Of a stretch of 40,612 nt of DNA, positions 34,808 through 40,612 are shown in pieces. Each line of letters begins with the position of its first letter. Position 1 is the first letter of the stretch. The notes beneath the pieces were generated by a model. The model was not told the DNA's origin, searched no databases, and saw only the letters and a program-made list of their open reading frames with translations. This stretch comes from Gemmatimonadota bacterium. Lineage in GTDB: Bacteria; Gemmatimonadota; Gemmatimonadetes; Gemmatimonadales; GWC2-71-9. The stretch lies in assembly GCA_039588295.1 (NCBI GenBank), contig JBDHAB010000026.1, positions 1 to 40,612 on the forward strand, given 5' to 3'. Both the position numbers and the translations under genes were made by a program.

Positions 34808-35170
34808 CTACCGCCGCGTCACGATCAGGATCGCACCACCCCGGTGCCCGGTGCCGAACCGGGTCGTGGCATCGGAAGCGGACAGGTGGCGCATTTCGAG
34901 CACCAGTTCGGCGGCGATCACAACGAGCGCGTTGGCATCGACCCGGCGCGTCCCGTCTACGTACACGACGGGCGCATCCCCGCGCGACCTCACCCGCAGC
35001 CACATTGGGCGCAACCTGCGGATGACGTCGAGCGCGTTGGCGGCGCTGGTCCCCTGGATCTCCGCCTGCGTAATGAGATCCGGATTGGAGCGCGGTCCCT
35101 CGGACTGCGACGCAGCGGCGCAGCCGGCACTGACCAGGACCGCACCGATCAACAGAAGCCGGCCATACAT
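34808..35170 (-). CDS. Plug-only lipoprotein (TonB-dependent receptor plug domain without barrel)
   Basis: ATG 35170; lipobox VSAG-C; LITQAEIQ..ANALDVIRRLRPMWL...PVVYVDGTR...LSASDATTRFGTGHRGGAILIVTRR, then a stop. Confidence 0.82.
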   Translation of the reverse strand: MYGRLLLIGAVLVSAGCAAASQSEGPRSNPDLITQAEIQGTSAANALDVIRRLRPMWLRVRSRGDAPVVYVDGTRRVDANALVVIAAELVLEMRHLSASDATTRFGTGHRGGAILIVTRR

Positions 35171-35249
35171 GAGTGGCCCCTTGGATGGAGTTGGACTGCT
35201 AGAATGGTCTTCGGTGTTTCCACCGGCAAGCCGCGGCATCGCCACCTCT

Positions 35250-37367
35250 TTACTGAAGCCGAATCAGCTCCGCGTTCGCAACACTCTCCAGGTACCGGAG
35301 CACGCCTTCCGCGGTCACCACGCCGAAGTAGTGACTTCCCGCCTCACGAGCCTCCGCAGCCACGTAGCGATGGATGTCGAGTCCCGTGCGCTCCCCGTTC
35401 ACGGCATTCATGATCTCAAACCGCATCAGCCCGTGCAGTCCGGGCACAAACCGGACTTGCCCCCGGCCCGTGCGAAATTCCGACGGACCCGCTATCAGCT
35501 CCGGCATGAGCTGCGCGAGCTGCTGTTCAACCTCGGTCAGCTGTCTCGACGGCATCCGTCGCTCACCCGAGGCATGGCGGTAGGCAAGGTCCACCTCCCG
35601 CAGTGCCTGCACTTCCCGGCGCTCCACTTCCTGTATCAGCTGGTCGGCATAGCCCGCAGCGCTCGGGTGGATCTCGCGGAGCGACGTCAGTGCCACCCGC
35701 TCGCGATTTGCCGCGTACTGTACCTGGTCGACGGCATCGTGGTAGGCAGCGGCCTTGTCGTCGGCCCCCGCGATCCACGACAGTCCCAGCCCCAGGTTCC
35801 GTCCCATGCGCTCGACCCCGCGTCCCACGGTGGCGGCGGCCAGCGCGGGCACGTCGCCGGCGTCCGCGTTCGCCATCGCGTAGGCAATCAGCGCCACGGC
35901 TGCGGCGTTACGCCCGAGCTGGGTGCGGTCGATGTTCCACAGATCGTCGTCGCTCGAGTGGATGAACCGGTCCGGCATGTTGGTGAAGCTGACGGCCGGA
36001 ATGCCGATCGGCGCCTCGAGAAACGGCATATGGTCGCTCGACGTGTGGAAGAAGATCATGTCGGCGTTGTAGCGGTGCATGCTGCCCAAGTGCGCGAGGT
36101 GCCCCTTGGGGTAGAGCGGATTCCCCGCCTGGGCCTGCGCCAACTCGTAGGTGTTGGCTGCGACCATGTAGTCGATGACCGACTCGACCACGTCATTGAA
36201 GAAGTGGAATCTCGCTGCGGGAACGCGGGTGATATTCTGCTTGCGCATGATGTCCTGTGACTGGTCCGCACCTACCATGTCCTGATTCACGTTGACCCAG
36301 ATGGACTCGTGCGCCTGGGGGTTGTCGGCGAAGTACTGCCGCTGACTCCCGATCTCCGTTACCCACCAGAACCGCACATTGCGCCGGGGTCGGGGGAGCC
36401 GGCCGTCGTTGATGAGCCGATTGAGCGCTCGTGCTACCTCGAGCGTGCTGGCCGAGCCGCTCGCGTCATCGTTGGCGGAGAACCCCTCTTCCTGCAGGTG
36501 GCCGGTCAACACGATGTCCTGTCCCAGCTCGGGCTCGGTGCCACGAATGAACGCCTCGACCATCACCTGCCAAGGCTCGGTTCCCTGCTCCGAGTCGAAC
36601 GCCGCATCCACCACCGCACGCACGACCACGGGCTCCTGCGCCCGCCGAAGTCGGTTGCGCAGCGCGACCCCCTGGCGCGTCGACAGATTGAACGCGAACG
36701 TGGGCTCGCAATCGTTGGATGCTCGGCTCGGGACCGTCAGCCACCGCAGCTGATCCGGTCGCGAGAGCCCCGCACCGCTCGTCCCGACGTCCGGCGAAAA
36801 CGGATTGGGATACCACACGACACCGAGCGCCCCGCGCTCGCACACCGCCGCTCGCATGGCGGTCGAGGCCGATCCATGGGTGAGCACGATCTTGCCGCTC
36901 AGCTCCATGCCCTCGAAATCCTCTGATCCGCCCGCCCCAACGTCCACCAGCTCGCCCGAGACGTCCGCCGGACGGGAGTAATCGGCCAGGTGAAGCACCG
37001 ACTGCAGCGTGCTGGCAATCCGTTCGGGCTCGGGCTCGACGATCCAGAGATCGGCGAACTTGGCGTTCCACGGCCGTGTGGTCGACGCCTGTTTGATGAG
37101 CTGTACGTCGGCGAGCCCAGACGCCCGAGCCGTCCGCTCCATGTATTCCGCGACCTCCCAGAGACCGTCGGAGCCACCGCGCGGGCGATGGAACTGCGTC
37201 ATGTGGCGGATGTGCTCGTACGCGGCATCGCCCGAGACTTCCTGCGTGATGAGCTGCGTGTGCTCCTGTGCCAGGATTGGAAGCTCCTGCGCTGAAGCAA
37301 GCTCGACGGTGGCAGCTGACAGCATCGTGAGGAGCGTGATGAAACGGAGTGTTCGTGCGCGACCCAT
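35250..37367 (-). CDS. M28-family (DUF4910-like) secreted peptidase with PA-like insert
   Basis: AGGAGG SD, ATG 37367, signal peptide; GHLQE..SANDDASG, WVTEIGS, NQDMVG, SSDH, FIHSSDD. Confidence 0.85.
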   Translation of the reverse strand: MGRARTLRFITLLTMLSAATVELASAQELPILAQEHTQLITQEVSGDAAYEHIRHMTQFHRPRGGSDGLWEVAEYMERTARASGLADVQLIKQASTTRPWNAKFADLWIVEPEPERIASTLQSVLHLADYSRPADVSGELVDVGAGGSEDFEGMELSGKIVLTHGSASTAMRAAVCERGALGVVWYPNPFSPDVGTSGAGLSRPDQLRWLTVPSRASNDCEPTFAFNLSTRQGVALRNRLRRAQEPVVVRAVVDAAFDSEQGTEPWQVMVEAFIRGTEPELGQDIVLTGHLQEEGFSANDDASGSASTLEVARALNRLINDGRLPRPRRNVRFWWVTEIGSQRQYFADNPQAHESIWVNVNQDMVGADQSQDIMRKQNITRVPAARFHFFNDVVESVIDYMVAANTYELAQAQAGNPLYPKGHLAHLGSMHRYNADMIFFHTSSDHMPFLEAPIGIPAVSFTNMPDRFIHSSDDDLWNIDRTQLGRNAAAVALIAYAMANADAGDVPALAAATVGRGVERMGRNLGLGLSWIAGADDKAAAYHDAVDQVQYAANRERVALTSLREIHPSAAGYADQLIQEVERREVQALREVDLAYRHASGERRMPSRQLTEVEQQLAQLMPELIAGPSEFRTGRGQVRFVPGLHGLMRFEIMNAVNGERTGLDIHRYVAAEAREAGSHYFGVVTAEGVLRYLESVANAELIRLQ

Positions 37368-37396
37368 TGTGCCTCCTGGTGGCATGCGTGCGTTGG

Positions 37397-38467
37397 CTAC
37401 CTGCCGACGGTATACGTCAACGTCGTGGTGAGCAGCATATCGTGCTTCTCGATACCCGGACGCGGATTGTTGTTGAACTCGTTGCGCGAGGCGAGACGGA
37501 ATCCCAGCCCCTTGTAGATTGCGGTCGTGAGACTCGCTTCGGACACGAACCGATAGTCCGCGAAGTCCTCCACGCTTGGCGCCCAGTCAACGTCCCATGC
37601 GAAGGCGACCGGGCCGAGCTTCTGCAACCACGTTGCTCCCAGCGCCATGATCGGTGTCGAGGTGCTGCCGTCTGCCGTGAAGTTCTCGTACCGCACACCA
37701 CCCGAGGCACTGAACCGCAGATCCGTCAGCGGTGTCGCGATCACCTGATACCCGAACCCCGCCTTGTAGTTAGACCTGAGATCGATGTCCTGGAACTGAT
37801 CGCGCTCGTGACCGGTGAACCCGAACGCAAACAGGCGCTTGCTGAAGAACACGTCGATACGGACCGACCCGAAATACTTGGCGACGGTGGTCTGGAAGGC
37901 TCCGGCAGTGTCCGGCGCCTGCTCCCGCGCCAGTCCCGCCTTGAACATCAGCCGGTCCTTGGGACTAGTACGCCCGAACTCGACGGCCGCGCCCAATCCA
38001 CGGGATCTGCTGTTGCCGCTCTTGTCGGAGAACCCCACACTCGCGGTTGCGCCCCAGAACCGGTCAATCGGTGTGAAATACCCGATATGCACGGGAACGA
38101 GTGCCTCGAGCGCCGTCGGGTCGCCCACTGCAGCCACGTCGGTCGCGGCAACCGAACGGACCGTACCATCCGGATCGGTGAGCCGAAGCTGCCCGCCCAC
38201 GGTTGCGATCGAGACCGCCGCAATCGTGCCATCCACCAACCGCACACCGATGGGCCCGGCTGCATCGAACCCGGCAATGTCGGTGGCCGGAATTGACACG
38301 TCGGCGCCACCGTACTTGAACACCCACGTGCCGTCATCCACCGTGACGAGCGATCCGCTCAACCGATCTCCGTTCCGGCGGCTCAAGGTCTGCTGTGCCG
38401 CCCCGAGCGCAGGCAGCAGACTCAACACCATCCCCGCCCACACAAGTCCTACGGCTCTTCTGGTCAC
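37397..38467 (-). CDS. DUF481 (YdiY-like) outer-membrane beta-barrel protein with N-terminal repeated beta domain
   Basis: GTG 38467, signal peptide; RRNGDRLSGSL N-domain; GFSDKSGNSRS, ERDQFQDIDLR, GFGYQ, FNNNPRPGIEKHD, TTTLTYTVGR. Confidence 0.82.
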   Translation of the reverse strand: MTRRAVGLVWAGMVLSLLPALGAAQQTLSRRNGDRLSGSLVTVDDGTWVFKYGGADVSIPATDIAGFDAAGPIGVRLVDGTIAAVSIATVGGQLRLTDPDGTVRSVAATDVAAVGDPTALEALVPVHIGYFTPIDRFWGATASVGFSDKSGNSRSRGLGAAVEFGRTSPKDRLMFKAGLAREQAPDTAGAFQTTVAKYFGSVRIDVFFSKRLFAFGFTGHERDQFQDIDLRSNYKAGFGYQVIATPLTDLRFSASGGVRYENFTADGSTSTPIMALGATWLQKLGPVAFAWDVDWAPSVEDFADYRFVSEASLTTAIYKGLGFRLASRNEFNNNPRPGIEKHDMLLTTTLTYTVGR

Positions 38468-38558
38468 ACGGTTTCTCCCGCTGGGACCCCACATTCGACA
38501 TCCCCGCCCGTCCCGGCGGGAACCATCCTCGGCGGCGTAAGCTAACGCGGGGAACCGC

Positions 38559-38595
38559 AAGAGAAAGCCGCGGGTACCGGACGGCACCCGCGGCT
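38559..38595 (-). terminator. Intrinsic terminator downstream of the 38620-39849 lipoprotein gene
   Basis: Minus strand AGCCGCGGGTGCC-GTCC-GGTACCCGCGGCT followed by TTCTCTT. Confidence 0.7.
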
Positions 38596-38619
38596 CAAAG
38601 TGGCCATCAAGGTCGGCCG

Positions 38620-39849
38620 TTACGGATCGCAGCGCACGGTGAGCGCGCTATGGCTCGCGTTCCCCGGCCCGACATTGATACTGGACTGGAGCGAGCCACG
38701 GAACGGACCGCTAGGCGGCAACTCGATCTGCAGGATGAACTGCGACACCATGGTGACATTGTCCGTCACGTGCGACCTGGCGTGCTGCGCCACGTGCGCC
38801 TTGTACGGTTCGCCCGTGGGCACGAGCTCACCCGTCGCGGGATCCGGTGCCAGGGGCAACAGATTCAGCGTGCCGAGCGCGTGGAACTGGCTGTGGTAGT
38901 TCCCCGACGGGGTTACGACAACCTGTTGCTTGAGCTCGACCGGGCCGGTGGCGTACACGAAGTCGAACGGTGTGGCCTGGCAGAACGGCTTGGAGATCAA
39001 CTGATCGAAGTTGATGGTGAACTCCTGCCGCGCAATCTCGCGCCGACCATTGACCGTCCCCGCAACCGTGAGCGTGGTTGCCGCACCGTCGGTTCCGATC
39101 CCCACGTTGCCGTTGGCCAGGACCTGCGCCCCGGAGGCGAGCGCCAACTCCTGCAGCCCGGTGGAGGCGATGGCATCCCACACCATCGCGTCAATCTCGT
39201 CGAAGGTGGGCGCCTCGTTGATCGGACCGGTGCTGCCGGGCACGTCACCCAATAGACCGCTGCGGAAGAAATCGGCGACCACGAGCTGCTCGGCGAGCTC
39301 CCAGGCAAGCACCTGGTGTTGCGAGGTCCCTGGGATGAGGAACTCGAAGTGCGCACCGGCAATCGTCACGCCTCCGATGTCGAAGAACCGCATGTGGAAC
39401 CGCACCGGATCGTAATCGCCGCACTGCACCTGGATGGCCGAGCCCACCCAGCCAGCGGACTGACCATAGGACGTCTGGACATCACCACCCAGGGCATCCT
39501 CCCACTCGCAGTCGAACATGGCGAGGGGTTCGAACGGGGTACCGACGAGGACACTCCGATCGCCGTCCAGGAACAGCAGCGCCGCACGCAGATCGCGCGG
39601 GTCAACCGCTCCCAGGAACACGACATTGATCGGATCCTGCGGGGTACCGCTGAAGCCCGCTTCAGCGGCGCCGGTGTAGGGCCAGAACTGGTCGCCGTCT
39701 ATGGGCACGAGCGGAGCGGGGGGTGGATAGTCGGCCGGTTGGACCTGCGTAAACGCGAGATCCTGGTCCGGCGCCACCGAGTCGTCACATGCGCCAAGTG
39801 CGACGACTACGAATAGCGCCAGCAGCCCGGCAAGTGGTCGGGTTTGCAT
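38620..39849 (-). CDS. Hypothetical lipoprotein (409 aa); N-terminal half weakly LssY-C-like
   Basis: GAGGAGG SD, ATG 39849, lipobox ALGA-C-DD; motifs QDPINVVF, RFHMRFF and IAGAHFE. Confidence 0.8.
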   Translation of the reverse strand: MQTRPLAGLLALFVVVALGACDDSVAPDQDLAFTQVQPADYPPPAPLVPIDGDQFWPYTGAAEAGFSGTPQDPINVVFLGAVDPRDLRAALLFLDGDRSVLVGTPFEPLAMFDCEWEDALGGDVQTSYGQSAGWVGSAIQVQCGDYDPVRFHMRFFDIGGVTIAGAHFEFLIPGTSQHQVLAWELAEQLVVADFFRSGLLGDVPGSTGPINEAPTFDEIDAMVWDAIASTGLQELALASGAQVLANGNVGIGTDGAATTLTVAGTVNGRREIARQEFTINFDQLISKPFCQATPFDFVYATGPVELKQQVVVTPSGNYHSQFHALGTLNLLPLAPDPATGELVPTGEPYKAHVAQHARSHVTDNVTMVSQFILQIELPPSGPFRGSLQSSINVGPGNASHSALTVRCDP

Positions 39850-40040
39850 GGTGGGCCTCCTCGATGAACCGTGGAACCTGATGGTCAAGCACATGGCTCC
39901 ACGACTATCGTGCACCCGCGTCAAGCGGCCGTCAAGACGAATCCGCTGATGCTAAGTCTATGAATAGTAAAGTGTTAGGGTTTGGTTTACCGGCGTGCGG
40001 CCGGCGCCCACCCGCTTGTTGCTCGGGAGTCGGGGTTCGG

Positions 40041-40313
40041 TCAGGACTTCGCGTCGGGCGGGTTCCCCCGTGTGAGGACGCGTTCCGCAAAGTCCACCCG
40101 CTCGTGAAGCTCGAGGTACTCGCCCCGCAGCATGCGGACTTCTTCCCGCAGGGTCTCCACGTTCTCCGTCAGGCGCGCGACATCCTCTCCACCCCCGCCA
40201 TGCCGCGTTCGCTGCAGATGGGTGTACCGCATCTTCATGCCGATCAGCACCATGGCGCCGACGCCTGTCAGCGCGAGTACCGGTGCGATGAGCTCTACCA
40301 CGTCCGGAGACAT
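40041..40313 (-). CDS. Small single-TM membrane protein with PspB-like coiled-coil tail (90 aa)
   Basis: ATG 40313 with GGAG SD; TM VVELIAPVLALTGVGAMVLIGM; tail VETLREEVRMLRGEYLELHERVDFAERVL. Confidence 0.82.
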   Translation of the reverse strand: MSPDVVELIAPVLALTGVGAMVLIGMKMRYTHLQRTRHGGGGEDVARLTENVETLREEVRMLRGEYLELHERVDFAERVLTRGNPPDAKS

Positions 40314-40360
40314 GCTCCGCTCCCTCGCCATCGTTGAAATTGAATGCCGTTGCACACCCA

Positions 40361-40386
40361 TACGCATGAGACGTCCCTGGGATTCC
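40361..40386 (-). promoter_or_regulatory. Putative sigma-W-like ECF promoter GGAATC-N16-CGTA
   Basis: Same architecture as 3854-3880; 47 nt upstream of ATG 40313. Confidence 0.5.
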
Positions 40387-40457
40387 GCCCGCACGTCCGG
40401 CGTCGGTGCAGGGCCGACACCACTGGTGTGCTCGGTACGTACGAGTACAATAGTCGC

Positions 40458-40612
40458 ATGCCACTCATCGATTGTCCCGAATGCGGCATCGAGGTTTCCA
40501 GCCAGGCGTCCTCTTGCCCGCGGTGCGCGTTCCCGATGAAGAAGGTCGGTAATCGAGGCGCGCGAGGAGCCCTCGGCCTACCCAAGGTTCCCCTCACGTC
40601 GCTGGACGTCAC
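40458..40612 (+). CDS. Zinc-ribbon domain protein, N-terminal part; runs off the window end
   Basis: Manual translation MPLIDCPECGIEVSSQASSCPRCAFPMKK... (CxxC-x10-CxxC); TACAAT ends 6 nt before the ATG. Confidence 0.8.
   Translation, partial: MPLIDCPECGIEVSSQASSCPRCAFPMKKVGNRGARGALGLPKVPLTSLDV

Noticed and set aside
21266..36260. Long antisense ORFs such as 21266-22741, 24286-25863, 30056-31411 and 34791-36260 (also 10997-12439 and 19115-20662)
   Set aside because: Typical stop-poor shadow frames of GC-rich genes; Arg/His/Gly-rich without motifs and fully opposite well-supported CDSs.

Overview
GC-rich bacterial chromosomal segment, most likely from a member of the Gemmatimonadota. This is an inference from the Ser/Thr kinase N-terminus style, the SusC/SusD pair, the plug-only lipoproteins and the ERVDFxERV small proteins. 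It holds about 33 CDSs and 3 tRNAs (Lys-CTT, Glu-TTC, Glu-CTC); I saw no CRISPR array, rRNA, integrase or transposase. Recognisable genes include a partial Ser/Thr kinase, a TonB-dependent receptor, a cNMP-domain Na+/H+ antiporter, tag, a HAD hydrolase, a PAS-GGDEF-EAL protein, an MBL hydrolase, an ACE-like M2 peptidase, an HDAC, feoB/feoA, two M28 peptidases, ackA, susC/susD and a DUF481 barrel. The best candidates for undescribed systems are: (1) a translationally coupled operon of ECF sigma factor, CBM48 anti-sigma, helical periplasmic protein and barrel-CBM48 protein, with its own ECF-type promoter; (2) a mini biosynthetic cluster (FAD oxidoreductase, methyltransferase, SRPBCC cyclase, FabF-like ketosynthase, divergent UbiE-like methyltransferase) with no ACP or chain-length factor; (3) free TonB-plug lipoproteins bracketing susCD, whose leader has an operator-like palindrome and a strong-SD mini-ORF; (4) feoB, Cys-rich feoA and a diheme cytochrome c lipoprotein; (5) two distant membrane proteins sharing a PspB-like tail, each behind a sigma-W-like promoter. 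All family assignments come from motif recognition by eye, not from database searches.
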